A program made the translations under genes and the position numbers. Below, piece by piece: positions 50,143-63,076 of a stretch of 64,000 nt of DNA (positions within the stretch are counted from its first letter, which is position 1; each line of letters opens with the position of its first letter). Source of the stretch: Octopus sinensis (taxonomy: Eukaryota). The stretch lies in NCBI RefSeq assembly GCF_006345805.1, contig NC_043013.1:14260001-14324000 (forward strand). The letters run 5' to 3'. Below the pieces are notes generated by a model that did no database searches, was not told the origin of the DNA, and saw nothing but the letters and a program-made list of their open reading frames with translations.

Positions 50143-50409
50143 TACGTGTGCGCTGAGCAGATAAACATGTAAACAAATAAAAGAAACGTACAAACACACA
50201 CGCACATAGACAAAGGTACACACACACTTACATGCAACGCAAGCACGCATACATTCAAATGAAAAGCAAACTGATACTTACGTACACACACATGCACCCA
50301 CAGAGTCATGTTTGTTACTCACCCGCATAATCACACGCACCTACAATTATATACACACAAACACTGTATCAAGACTATTGCCACAAAATAAGAACCGGTT
50401 TAATCAGTA

Positions 50410-50503
50410 GCCTCGGTAGCGCAGTAGGCAGCGCGTCAGTCTCATAATCAAGTAACAAGGCAGAGGTATCTGAAGGTCGTGAGTTCGATCCTCACCTGGG
50501 GCA
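50410..50503 (+). tRNA. tRNA-Met-CAT: Elongator tRNA-Met(CAT) with 21-nt intron (50447-50467), M6
   Basis: Intact cloverleaf; intron ATCAAGTAACAAGGCAGAGGT; T-run terminator. Confidence 0.95.
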
Positions 50504-50996
50504 CATTTTTTTTTCAAATAAAAAGTCTTTTTAAGGTACTACCATTCCTTTTGTAAATATTTTTTCTGCGATAGGCACAAGGAGAGGAGAACTAATCGAT
50601 AACATCGATTCCTGTATTGAACTTCTTATTTCATCGATTCCGAAAGTATTAACAGCGAAGTCGACTTCTGCCTACGTCTCTTTGTAAATATCCTGTTAAC
50701 CCTATGTTGGAAACTGAAAGAAGCTCGTCGTATATATATCAAACGGAAAACATGACATACATACAAACATACATACAACATACATACATACATACATACA
50801 TACGTCCGTTCGTACATACATACATACATACATACATACATACATACACACACCACGGATTAACTTGTTTGGCACACACATACACCCACAGAGTCATGTA
50901 CGTTAATCACCCGCATAATCACACGCACCTACTATTATATACACACAAACCCTGTATCAAGACTATTGTCACAAAATAGAACGGTCTTAATCAGTG

Positions 50997-51090
50997 GCCT
51001 CGGTAGCGCAGTAGGCAGCGCGTCAGTCTCATAATCAAATAACCACGCAGAGGTATCTGAAGGTCGTGAGTTCGATCCTCACCTGGGGCA
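50997..51090 (+). tRNA. tRNA-Met-CAT: Elongator tRNA-Met(CAT) with 21-nt intron (51034-51054), M7
   Basis: Intact cloverleaf; intron ATCAAATAACCACGCAGAGGT. Confidence 0.95.
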
Positions 51091-51757
51091 CATTTTTTTC
51101 TTCAAATAAAAAATCTTTTTAAGGTACTACCATTCCTTTTGTAAATATTTTTTCTGCGATAGGCACAAGGAGAGGAGCTAGTCGATTACATCGATTCCTG
51201 TATTGAACTTCTTATTTCATCGATTCCGAAAGTATTAACAGCGAAGTCGACTTCTGCCTACTTCTCTTTGTAAATATCCTGTTAACCCTATGCTGGAAGA
51301 ATAATTAAGGACACACAACAAAAATTCATTTTTAGTAAAAGCCATAGCTGAAAAGAGCCTTTTGGCCAATGTCTCACAACTATTTCTTTTTTTTACCTGT
51401 GGACCGCTTTGGTTCCTGTTTTACACAGACGTACCCTCATAGACATTCGACGTTTTAAAAATCCTATTATAGGTATAGGCGTGGCTGTGTTGTAAGAAAC
51501 CACGCAACCACGTCTGTACCTGTAATAGGTTGTTATAATAAGTTGCTTCTCGACCACATGGTTCTGGGTTCAGACCCACTGTGGGGCATCTTGGGCATGT
51601 GTCTTCTACTATAGTGTCGGGCCTAATAATGCCTTGAGAGTGGATTTGGTAGACGGAAACTGAAAGAAGCTCGTCGTATATATATCAATGGGAAAATATG
51701 ACATGCATACAAACATACATACATACATACATACATACATACATACATACACACACA

Positions 51758-51792
<35 letters not shown>

Positions 51793-52895
51793 GGATTAAC
51801 CTGTCTGGCATAGGAGCTGTCGGTCCTCTGTACTTTTCGGTTGGCATTTGTCTTTCCACTTTGCTTAGTGATGGGCGTCCTCATTTGGTTGACTTGGATT
51901 CACCTGATCTCATGAGTGACTCAGTCATGCTCACTTTGAAATCTCTTAGCTTTACATTTGATACATTCTCAGGTCTCATTTGATACATTCTCAGGTCTAC
52001 GAAACGAACACTGGCGTCAGTTGGGATTTTTAATAAACAAAATTTATTCTTTTCGAACCCCGACCCCAACAAAAAATAACGAAAGTTGTCGTTATTACGA
52101 ACGGCAAAACGACGAGAGAGTTTTTGTTCTTGGTTTACACTTGTCGGTTACTGACTTCTAATGTCTTTCCTCTTCTGGCTGTTCCTTGCCTTTATGTTGT
52201 CAGCTGCTGTCCATCGTATCTATAAGCCAACAAGTTAATGACATCGACCCTAGTACATGACTGGTATATTGCTTTATCGACCTCGAAAGAATGCAAAGCA
52301 AAGTTGACTATGGCGGTATTTGACTTCTGAACATTAAGAACTAGAACAAATGTGGCTCAGCATTTTGTGCGATGCGCTTAAAATTCGGCAAGTTCGTCGT
52401 CATTATTTTTTAATAGATACAATGCAGAAAATCGAAGCGTATTTTTAGTCGATTAAAACTTTCTTTCCCCTCCCATTCTCCACCACCACCACCACCACCA
52501 CCACCACCACCACAACCAGTAGTCACGATGTACTGAGTTCATAGGCTCAAGAGAAAGTGTGCCAAAAAAGAGAGGAACGTCGCTGGAGCCTACTTAACGC
52601 GAAGTCGTGATTTTCATCCCAAAGAACCCCTAATAATCTTTTTTATTTTTCGGAATTTCCAGAAAATGCTTGCACACATTTGTGTTCTAAACACGGGAAT
52701 TCATACACTCGTACATACTTGCAACGCAAGCACACGTATATTCAAATGAAAACTTAATTGATACATGCGTACACACACATACACCCACAGAGTCATGTAT
52801 GTTAATCACCCGCATAATCACACGCACCTACAATTATATACACACAAACACTGTATCAAGACTATTGACACAAAATAGATCGGCCTTAATCAGTG

Positions 52896-52989
52896 GCCTC
52901 GGTAGCGCAGTAGGCAGCGCGTCAGTCTCATAATCAAATAACAAGGCAGAGGTATCTGAAGGTCGTGAGTTCGATCCTCACCTGGGGCA
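52896..52989 (+). tRNA. tRNA-Met-CAT: Elongator tRNA-Met(CAT) with 21-nt intron (52933-52953), M8
   Basis: Intact cloverleaf; intron ATCAAATAACAAGGCAGAGGT. Confidence 0.95.
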
Positions 52990-53692
52990 CATTTTTTTTT
53001 TAATAAAAAACTTTGTAAGGTACTACCATTCCTTTTGTAAATATTTTTTCTGCGGTAGGCACAAGGAGAGGAGAGCTAATCGATTACATCGATTCCTGTA
53101 TTGAACTTATTTCATCGATTCCGAAAGTATTAACAGCGAAGTCCACTTCTGCCTACTTCTCTTTGTAAATATCATGTTAACCCTATGTTGGAAGAATAAT
53201 CGACACACAACAAAAATTAATTTTTGTAAAAGCAATAGCTGAAAAGGGCCTTTTGGCCAATGTCCCAAAACATTTTTTTTTTTTACCAGTGGACCGCTTT
53301 GGTTCTGTTTTACACAGACGTACCCTCATAGACATTCGATGTTTTAAAAACCCTATTATAGGTATAGGCGTGGCTATGTTGTAAGAAACCACGCAACACG
53401 TCTGTACCTGTAATAGGTTGCCTATAATAAGTTGCTTCTCGACCACATGGTTCTGGGTTCAGTCCCACTGTGGAGCATCTTGGACAAGTGTCTTCTACAA
53501 TAGAGTCGGGCCTAATAATGCCTTGAGAGTGGATTTGGTTGACGGAAACTGAAAGAAGCTCGTCGTATATATATACCAAACGGAAAATATAACATACATA
53601 CATACATACATACATACATACATACATACATACATACATACATACATACACACATACATACGTACGTACATACATACATACACACATACATT

Positions 53693-53758
<66 letters not shown>

Positions 53759-54634
53759 TTAACCTGTTTGGCATAGGAGCTGTCGGTCCTCTGTACTTTT
53801 CGGCCGGCGTTTGTCTTTCCACTTTGCTTAGTGATGGGCGTCCTCATTTGGTTGACTTGGATTCACCTGATCTCATGAGTGACTCAGTCATGCTCACTTT
53901 GAAATCTCTTAGCTTTACATTTGATACATTCTCAGGTCTCATTTGATACATTCTCAGGTCTACGAAACGAACACTGGCGTCTGTTGGGATTTTTAATAAA
54001 CAGAATTTTATTCTTTTCGAACCCCGACCCCAACAAAAAATAACGAAAGTTGTCGTTATTACGAACGGCAAAACGACGAGAGAGTTTTTGTTCTTGGTTA
54101 ACACTTGTCGGTTACTGACTTCTAATGTCTTTCCTCTTCTGGCTGTTCATTGCCTTTATGTCGTCAGCTGCCGTCCATCGTATCTATAAGCCAACAAGTT
54201 GATGACATCGACCCCAGTACATGACTGGTACATTGCTTTATCGACCTCGAAAGAATGCAAAGCAAAGTTGACTTTGGCGATACTTGACTTCTGAACATTA
54301 AGAACTAGAACAAATGTGGCTCAGCATTTTGTGCGATGCGCTTAAGATTCGCCAAGTTCGTCGTCATTATTTTTTAATAGACCCAATGCAGAAAATCGAA
54401 GCGTATTTTTAGTCGATTAAAACTTCCTTTCTCCTCCCATTCTCCACCACCACCACCACCACCACAACTAGTAGTCGCGATGTACTGAGTTCATAGGCTC
54501 AAGAGAAAGTGCGCCAAAAAAGAAAGGAACGTCGCTGGAGCCTACTTAACGCGAAGTCGTGATTTTCATCCCATATAGCCCCTAATAATTTTTTATATTT
54601 TTTGGAATTTCCATAAAATGCTTGCACACATTTG

Positions 54635-55052
54635 GGATCTTTTCGGTTTGAACGGCAGTTTTTAACATAATTTCTAGGTAACTAAAAATTTTAATCTTCA
54701 TATACTGGTAGAATGTGTTCATAAAACATCTTTTTCTCTTGGCTTTATTGAGAAAATTCTATGGTTTTTAAGATATTTGTTGTTTTTTTTTCTTCAATTT
54801 CTGCAATTTCAACCAATCAATGACCGTCTATTGAGCTGAAAACATTCTGTGCCGTATGAATATGTACCTCGTTTAAGAAACAGATTGGGTTTATTTACAT
54901 TTCTGAAGAAAAAAGATCCCCCCCCAACCGTAGCCCTAACCCTAACCCTAAAACAGATTGAAATGCAATAGATCGATACAAGGGTCATAATTATGGGTGA
55001 CAATTTCATATGACACCGCTAGAAAAAACTGTCGTTCAAACCGAAAAGATCC
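54635..55052 (-). mobile_element. MITE, asymmetric subtype (inverted), 8-bp TSD
   Basis: TSD CACATTTG at 54627-54634 and 55053-55060; empty site visible in the sister unit near 52670. Confidence 0.92.
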
Positions 55053-55281
55053 CACATTTGTGTTCTAAACACGGGAATTCATACGATTGTACATTCGTAC
55101 GTACATGCAACGCAAGCACACGTATATTCAAATGAAAAGCAAACTGATACTTACGTACACACACATACATCCACAGAGCCATGTATGTTAATCACCCGCA
55201 TAATCACACGCACCTACAATTATATACACACAAACACTGTATCAAGACTATTGTCACAAAATAGATCGGCCTTAGTCAGTG

Positions 55282-55375
55282 GCCTCGGTAGCGCAGTAGG
55301 CAGCGCGTCAGTCTCATAATCAAATAACAAGGCAGAGGTATCTGAAGGTCGTGAGTTCGATCCTCACCTGGGGCA
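55282..55375 (+). tRNA. tRNA-Met-CAT: Elongator tRNA-Met(CAT) with 21-nt intron (55319-55339), M9
   Basis: Gene body and intron identical to M8. Confidence 0.95.
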
Positions 55376-55904
55376 CATTTTTTTTTTATAGGTACTGCCA
55401 TTCCTTTTGTAAATAGTTTAAGGTACCACCATTCCTTTTGTAAAATGTGGGCAAAATTCTAGTGAACAGCGACATCGGACTGCAGGTTTATTACATCATA
55501 ATTGCACCACAATCATATCGAGAAAGTTGAAAATACATCAGTGGTACCACATTTTTGAACGAACGTGGATTCTGTACAGGGTCAATAGCCCATCAAGTAA
55601 ACCTGCTCCGGCCATAAATATATTGTATGTGTTGACATCTGGAGGGCATGAGATGGTCACGCGACACTTTTCTTTTCTGTCACATCTGGAGACTTCAACG
55701 GTTGGATTGTTTGCTCCGAATGCTGATAACGTAATACACCACGGTTATTAAACCATTTTGCTGCACGTAACTCCAAACCATTTTGCTGCACGTAACTCCA
55801 CACCATCAAAACTGGTTGTCCATACTTCGACAGATCCCCTGCCTTTTTTTCTTTAATGCTACATCCCATGACAGCTTACAACCAGGTAAACGATTGGCAC
55901 ATAC

Positions 55905-56140
55905 TCTTTTACTCTTTTACACTTTTACTTGTTTCAGTCATTTGAGTGCGGCCATGTTGGAGCACCGCCTTTAGTCAAGAAAATCGACCCCAGGACTTAT
56001 TTTTTGGAAGCCTAGTACTTATTCTATCGTTCGCTTTTGCCGAACCGCTAAGTTATAGGGACGTAAATACACCACCATCGGTTGTCAAGTGATATTGGGG
56101 GAACAAACACAGACACACAAACACATACACACACACACAT

Positions 56141-56197
<57 letters not shown>

Positions 56198-56375
56198 TAT
56201 ATACATATATACGACGGGCTTTTTTCAGTTTCCGTCTACCAAATCTACTGTCAAGGCTTTGGTCGGCCCGAGGCTATAGTAGAAGACAATTGCCGAAGGT
56301 GCCACGCAGTGGGAATGAACCCGGAACCATGTGGTTGGTAAGCAAGCTACTTACCACACAGCCACTCCTGCGCCT
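55905..56375 (-). mobile_element. SINE-A
   Basis: Family motifs. Confidence 0.85.
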
Positions 56376-56828
56376 CACATATTCGTGATCAAAAGCGTTC
56401 CAACCATAACCATCCTACTGCACTTGGTAAATATTAGGGGGACAGCAATGGAGGACAGCTTTTATATACTACTGTTGTATGATCAATGGCAATCCAACCG
56501 TGCCTATCTCGTCTTCAATCAGACACAGTGTATCTGGAACTACAACATCTAACGAGCATACACATTTTAAAAACCATCATGTTGTGACACGAAAGCGATT
56601 TGGCTGTTATTTTTAGCAGGTCAACCAATCGAGTAGTTTTTCCCATCTTAGATCTTGTTATATAATGGTATTTGTTGGTATTGCTGTTGTTGTTTAGCCC
56701 CAGGTCAGCCCAGATAGAGAACAATTACTGTATAACTTTGTCACTCAGTCATCCATACATACATTCAAATACTTCTACACCTACAGTTATGTGTATTAAA
56801 ACTTATATCCCCCCACATACATACATAG

Positions 56829-56877
<49 letters not shown>

Positions 56878-56995
56878 CACAAACATACAGACACACACAC
56901 AAATGTAGTCGCATGTGCGCACGTATACACACATACACATACAATACTAAATACATCAAGATTATTATCTCAAAACGAGTGCTCGTTACCCAGGG

Positions 56996-57089
56996 GCCTC
57001 GGTAGCGCAGTAGGCAGCGCGTCAGTCTCATAATCAAGTGTAAGAGCAGAGGAACCTGAAGGTCGTGAGTTCGATCCTCACCTGGGGCA
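56996..57089 (+). tRNA. tRNA-Met-CAT: Elongator tRNA-Met(CAT) variant (T39C) with 21-nt intron (57033-57053), M10
   Basis: Cloverleaf intact except exon 2 starts ACCTGA instead of ATCTGA; intron ATCAAGTGTAAGAGCAGAGGA. Confidence 0.88.
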
Positions 57090-57143
57090 CATTTTTATAA
57101 ATGTAAATCTTTAAGCGCATTACCATTTTTTTGTATTTATCTT

Positions 57144-57829
57144 CTTACAAATAATAAGTCCTTGAACCGGTTTGTTTGTCTAAAGGCAATGCTCAAGCAT
57201 GGCAGCAGTCAAATGACTGAAACAAGTAAAAGAATAGAATAAAAGAATCTTATGAAATTCCATGTTTAGAACACAAATGTGTGCAAGCATTTTCTGAATT
57301 AAAAAAAAAATTATTAGGGGTTTATATGGGATGCTCAAATCAGAATTCCGTCCCGTAATGTATTATACAACTATCCTTCTCTTTGGTTTTTGTCAATCAG
57401 ACAGACAAATTGTAACACACAAACAGGAAGACGGATACAGTTCGATATAGTTCCTATGGAAACATCTTCGCAGTATTTTGAAAATACAAAACTGCGAAGA
57501 TGTTTCCATAGGAACTATATCGAACTGTATCCGTCTTCCTGTTTGTGTGTTACAATTTGTCTGTCTGATTGACAAAAACCAAAGAGAAGGATAGTTGTAT
57601 AATACATTACGGGACGGAATTCTGATTTGGGCATCCCATATAAACTCCTAATAATTTTTTTATTTTTTGGAATTTTCAGAAAATGCTTGCACACATTTGT
57701 GTTCTAAACATGGAATTTCATAAGATTCTTTTATTCTATTCTTTTACTTGTTTCAGTCATTTGACTGCTGTCAAGCTGGAGCATTGCCTTTATACAAACA
57801 AATCGGTTCAAGGACTTATTATTTGTAAG
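57144..57829. repeat. ~690-bp near-perfect palindrome, 16-nt spacer
   Basis: Arms 57144-57474 and 57491-57829; mirror ORFs 57390-57572(+) and 57393-57575(-). Confidence 0.95.
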
Positions 57830-58095
57830 CCTAGTACATATTCTATCAGTCTCTTTTGCCGAACCACTAAGTTACGGGGACGTAAACACACCAACATCGG
57901 TAGTCAAGCGATGGTGTATGTGTAAGGAGGGGGACAAAAACAGACACGCAAACACACACACACATACATACGACGGGCTTCTTTCAGTTTCCTTCTAGCA
58001 AATCCACTCACACAAGGCTTTGGTCGACCTGAGGTTATAGAAGTCACTTGCCCAAGGTGCCAAGCTACTTACGACGCAGCCACTCCTGCGCCTAT
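57722..58095 (-). mobile_element. SINE-A forming the outer right arm of the large palindrome
   Basis: Family motifs. Confidence 0.82.
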
Positions 58096-58475
58096 ATGCA
58101 AAAGAATAAAGAAAAAATTATGTCTGTAACTTAAGGGCGATTTAGCTGTTATTTTTAGCACATCTCACGACCACCTGTTACCTTCCTCTTTTCTTTGCCA
58201 TAAAGCAGCATTCCGCCAATGTTTCATTTGTTTACAATTTGATATTAAAAACACATGCTATTGTTGCAATGCTGAGTATACGTGCAGTGACGCACAAAAT
58301 GACAGCTTCCAAATGATCAAGATTTAAACCTCTGCAACTCTTTTTTAGAAAATTTTCTGGAACATGTGATTTAGGACGTGAGATTCAGCGTGAAAAATTA
58401 CATCAATACACCAAATTTGAAAATTTTCACTTAATTTTAAAATTTCAAAAAAAAAAAAAAGTGCATCCGAACAGA

Positions 58476-58575
58476 NNNNNNNNNNNNNNNNNNNNNNNNN
58501 NNNNNNNNNNNNNNNNNNNNNNNNNNNNNNNNNNNNNNNNNNNNNNNNNNNNNNNNNNNNNNNNNNNNNNNNNNN
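58476..58575. other. Assembly gap (100 N)
   Basis: Run of n. Confidence 1.
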
Positions 58576-58649
58576 ATTTTGTTGCGCATCCGGTATTTGA
58601 ATATTTTATAGTCAGTCGCATTTGTTTTAATAATATCTCGTAGAGAGGA

Positions 58650-59378
58650 AAGCGGCGAGCTGGCAGAAACGTTAGCACGCCGAGAGAAATTAAATACCAG
58701 TTGTGTACTAGGGTCGATCTAATTGACTGGCTACCTCCCCAAAACTTTCGGGCCTTGTGCCTAGAATAGAAAAGAATACTTCATAGAGAGGACGGCGGCG
58801 AGCTGGCAGGAACGTTAGCCCACTAGGCGAAATGCTTAGCGGTATTTCGTCTGCCGCTACGTTCTGAGTTCAAATTCCGCCGAGGTCGACTTTACATTTC
58901 ATCCTTTCGGGGTCGATAAATTAAGTACCAGTTACGCACTGGGGTCGATATAATCAACTTAATCCATTTGTCTGTCCTTGTTTGTCCCTTCTGTGTTTAG
59001 TCCCTTATGGGTAGTAAAGAAATAGGTATTTCGTCTGCCGCTACGTTCTGAGTTTAAATTCCTCCAAGGTCGACTTTGCCTTTCATCCTTTCGGGGTCGA
59101 TAAATTAAGTACCAGTTACGCACTGGGGTCGATATAATCGACTTAATCCGTTTGTCTATCCTTGTTTGTCCTCTCTGTGTTTAGCCCCTTGTGGGTAGTA
59201 AAGAAATAGGTATTTCGTCTGTCTTTATGTTATGAGTTCAAATTCCACCGAGGTCGACCTTGCCTTTTATCCTTTCGGAGTCGATAAATTAAATGCCATT
59301 TGCGTACTGGGGTCAATCTAATCGACCAGCCCCTCCCCAAACATTTAGGGCCTTGTGCCTATAGTAGAAAATAATATT
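58650..59378 (+). mobile_element. SINE-B multimer
   Basis: Deleted monomer followed by head-body-tail2-body-tail2-body-tail1. Confidence 0.85.
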
Positions 59379-59625
59379 TCATGGAGAGCTAAGAGGCGAA
59401 ATTAAATCCAGACGAACTAGACAACACAAAATCAACTCTAGATGAAATACGAAGAGCAAATTCCGTATCATGAAAATTGTTTGAAAACAATTATTCGAAA
59501 AACAGTTATTCGAAATAAATATCACTTTTGTACTAGATTTTTAATTTTTATCATGTTTGTTTAAATGAAATAATGTATTTAGAATAACAATTCGTATAAT
59601 TGTCCTTTTGAATAATTTTCATTCA

Positions 59626-61078
59626 TACTGTTCCGAAAATAATGGCTGATTTCAGAAACATAATTCTATTCTGGAAAAATTAACAATAGAAATGTTTTGA
59701 TTAATCAAAATATGAGCCGTGAACATCTATGTATCTCTGCCATCGATTAACGAGATTATTTATGCCTCATTGATAAAAACTTATTGGCTTTGAAGCTAAG
59801 AAATCTTTGAATGCTGATTCCACCTTTGGTTTGGACCTGAAAGTTTTATCACTTAAAAACATGTTTAAATGCTTTTAAAAATGGTAGTCAGTGGGTGAAA
59901 GATCAGGAGAATATGGAGGATGTGCTAAAATCTCGTATCCAAGCCTGTGAATTTCTGCAGTGTTATTCTAGCAACATTGGCTTTGCATTATCGTGGATCA
60001 GAATTGGGTCACACCGATTCATCAATGCAGGTCTCATTTTTGGTAAGTGAGCATGCATTTCAGTGAGTTGATTGCAATAAACCTCTGCTGTAATGGTCTG
60101 ATTGACTGCCAGAAAGCTGTAATGAACAACACCACGATCAAGTCATCACGATCAAGTCATTAACCTGATCGTTTACGATTATCAGAAAAGACCCACTTTT
60201 CGTCACAAGTGACTATTCGGTCAAGAAAAGGATCATTGGTGTTTCGCAGAAAGAACATCAAACACACTTCAAAATGCTGAACATTTTGATCTTCATTGAG
60301 CTCTTGCGGTGCCCATTTATCGAGCTTTTTCACCTTACCAATCTTGTGCAAATTGCGTGTGACTGTTGCAATACCGACACCAAATGCCTGAGACATTTCT
60401 CTGACTCTTTCGGGGTCATTCCAAAAAGCACTATCTACGACGATTTCATCTCAATCGAAGGAGAGGAGCTTTCTCCGTCCGGGTTGCGAATCCGTGGAAT
60501 AAGCTGCCGGACGAGATAGTAACGATGCCGACGACCGCTCGGTTCAAAGTCTCTCTTGACCAGAAATGGCCTGAACTCGTTGTATGACCACCCTCCCTGT
60601 ACATAACTCCCTGTCCCCCTACATGGCCTTGCTTTTGCTTTTTGAGCCAATAGAAATTGAATTGAATTGAATTGACGTGGGTTTTGCTCAATAATTGCTT
60701 TCAATTGTTCATTGCCAAGACTGCCTGAATGTCTTCAATCTTCCTCATCTTCAAGGCTCTCATCACCACTACGGAATTTCTGAAACCACCTTTGTATTGT
60801 GCGATTACTTGTGGACCACTCTCCCCGTGCTCTATTGATATTGGTAGCAGTTTGCGAGGCATTGTGCCCAAGCCTGAACTTCTGCAAGAAAAGTAAGCGA
60901 AGGTCCTTTTTTGTCATGTTCATAAATTAACGGCACCTATGCTTCAAGAATGTTTTCTGTCTGACGTTAAATGTTAAGTAAGTCGAAATTCACCAAAAAT
61001 ATAATTAAAGTACAATGATAAAATTGCGTTTCAAAACACAACACTTAGAGCGGCCATTGTTTTCGGAACAACCTAATA
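59626..61078 (-). mobile_element. Decayed near-full-length mariner (Hsmar1/cecropia-like)
   Basis: TIR TATTAGGTTGTTCCGAAAACAATGGC with degenerate partner near 59629; fragments MTKKDLRLLFL..WFQKFRSGDESLEDE, KKLDKWAPQEL, DRIVTCDEKW, IHDNA. Confidence 0.88.
60411..60675 (+). mobile_element. 5'-truncated CR1-like LINE 3' end nested in mariner
   Basis: RGHSKKHYLRRFHLNRRRGAFSVRVANPWNKLPDEIV..DQKWPELVV* (stop 60585-60587) plus (AATTG)n tail. Confidence 0.85.
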
Positions 61079-61189
61079 TTTTCGAACAATGTTCACATAA
61101 TCACAAATTCGATTGAAATGTGTAATCGAAGTCGAACTTGGTCGAAATATATAAACGAAGACGAACTTGGTCGAAATATTGGCTAAAGG

Positions 61190-61375
61190 CCAGCTAGTTC
61201 GAGGAGTGGGATAGTCGGTTATATCGATCCCAGTGCTCAACTGATATTTATTTTATCGACCCAGAAATTATGAAAGCCAAAGTTATCTTCGGCGGAATTT
61301 GAACTCAGAAGGAAAAGACGGAGGAAATGCCAAGTTTTTTGCCCGACGCGCTAACGATTCTACCAGCTCGTGACC
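61190..61375 (-). mobile_element. Degenerate SINE-B
   Basis: GGAATTTGAACTCAGAA..GCTAACGATTCTACCAGCTCG motifs. Confidence 0.65.
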
Positions 61376-61424
61376 TTTACTCGGTCAAAATATTAAGCGC
61401 AATGTCAAGCAATGTCAGAATGTG

Positions 61425-61613
61425 GTAGAACATGGTTTTACACAACATGGTTCCAGTTTCAGTCCCACTACGTGGAAACTTGAGCAGGTGTCTTCTTCTA
61501 GCGTCGGGCCAAACAAAGCTTTGCGAGTGGATTTGGTAGATAGAAACTGAAAGAAAGCCCTCGCGTGTATTTATATAGATATATATATTATATATAATAT
61601 ATAACATAAAGAT

Positions 61614-61649
<36 letters not shown>

Positions 61650-61652
61650 GGT

Positions 61653-61720
<68 letters not shown>

Positions 61721-61950
61721 AAGAAATGTATATATTTGTGTGTTTGTGTGTGTGTTTGCCCACTCCACGCCCACTCACCATTGCTCAATAACTGATGTTG
61801 ATTTCTTTACATCTCTGTATCTTAGCGGCTCAGCATAAGAGGCCGATAGAATAAGTACTAGACTTACAAAGAATGTCCATTTCTTCGATTTAAAAAAAAC
61901 CCCTTTAAGCAGTGCTCCAGCATGGCCTGAAACAGGTAAAAGAATAAATA
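61425..61950 (+). mobile_element. SINE-A
   Basis: Family motifs with (GA)n(GATA)n core. Confidence 0.8.
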
Positions 61951-62529
61951 TATGCAAAAATATATATATATTATATATATATATATATACATATACTATA
62001 TATAAATATGCAAGGTTTGAATAATTGTGATTGATGTAAAGGTGACCTATGAAAATATGGGTAGATATGTGTGTGTGTGTGTGTGTGTTGTGTGTGTGTG
62101 TCATCCCGTTTCTCAACAATCTCAACAATTATATACATTTACATATATGTGGCTATATATGTGTGTGCATGTGTGTCTATGCATATGTAGCTATATATGT
62201 TTGTGTGTGTGTGTATACACATACATAATTATACGTAAATCTTAATATCTAGAGTTGAGGGAGCCGTATCATCTATCGTGGTTTTATCGTCACTCGATCT
62301 CCAGACCTTGTTTATATGCCCTATTTGTCTTACCAGCCGTAGAGACTGTCAGCCATAGTGAAGAGCGTGATGGCCAAGCCAAGGCGCCGTTCTCCCTCCC
62401 ACCGAACGTCTATAAATCTAGATTGCTTGCATTCTCATTGCTTGGATCCGGAGCGGCATTTTTTGTCTTCATTGTCAAAAGGGCGTATGTTTATTTTATA
62501 AATAGGTGATGGTTTTCGGCGGACATATT

Positions 62530-62562
<33 letters not shown>

Positions 62563-62569
62563 TATATAT

Positions 62570-62615
<46 letters not shown>

Positions 62616-62623
62616 GAATATAT

Positions 62624-62656
<33 letters not shown>

Positions 62657-62835
62657 CTATATATATACACATATATTATATGCATATATATATATGTACA
62701 TATATTGTTATATAAAATGTGCATTTATACATATATATAGATATATATACACACACACATGTCTATATATTTTTAAATATTCTTGTATATGTAAACTGAT
62801 ATGCACGTTTATATATTTACAAATACATATGTACT

Positions 62836-62871
<36 letters not shown>

Positions 62872-63045
62872 CATGCATACATACATGCATACATACATAC
62901 ATACAAACATACATACATACATTTATATACTATATATCAACAGCGCGCATGGATTTCGTTGTATGTGTGTGTGTGTGTGTGCGTATGAGTGTAATATCAA
63001 TTGATAGCAATATATATTTATCACACACGCACGCACATACCTAGC

Positions 63046-63076
<31 letters not shown>

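Larger units (their letters stand above)
50200..55440 (+). repeat. Tandem ~1.9-kb tRNA-Met repeat units (M6-M9)
   Basis: M7-M8 and M8-M9 spacers are near-identical; the M6-M7 spacer is a deleted derivative. Confidence 0.9.

Noticed and set aside
55480-55870. Possible transposase-like peptide and 25-bp tandem duplication
   Set aside because: No diagnostic catalytic motif recognisable; left unassigned.
57390-57575. Two overlapping antisense ORFs with identical N-termini
   Set aside because: A by-product of the palindrome; no coding evidence.
62255-62509. Complex-sequence 84-aa ORF as a possible exon
   Set aside because: No recognisable domain, splice signals not convincing, no partner exons.
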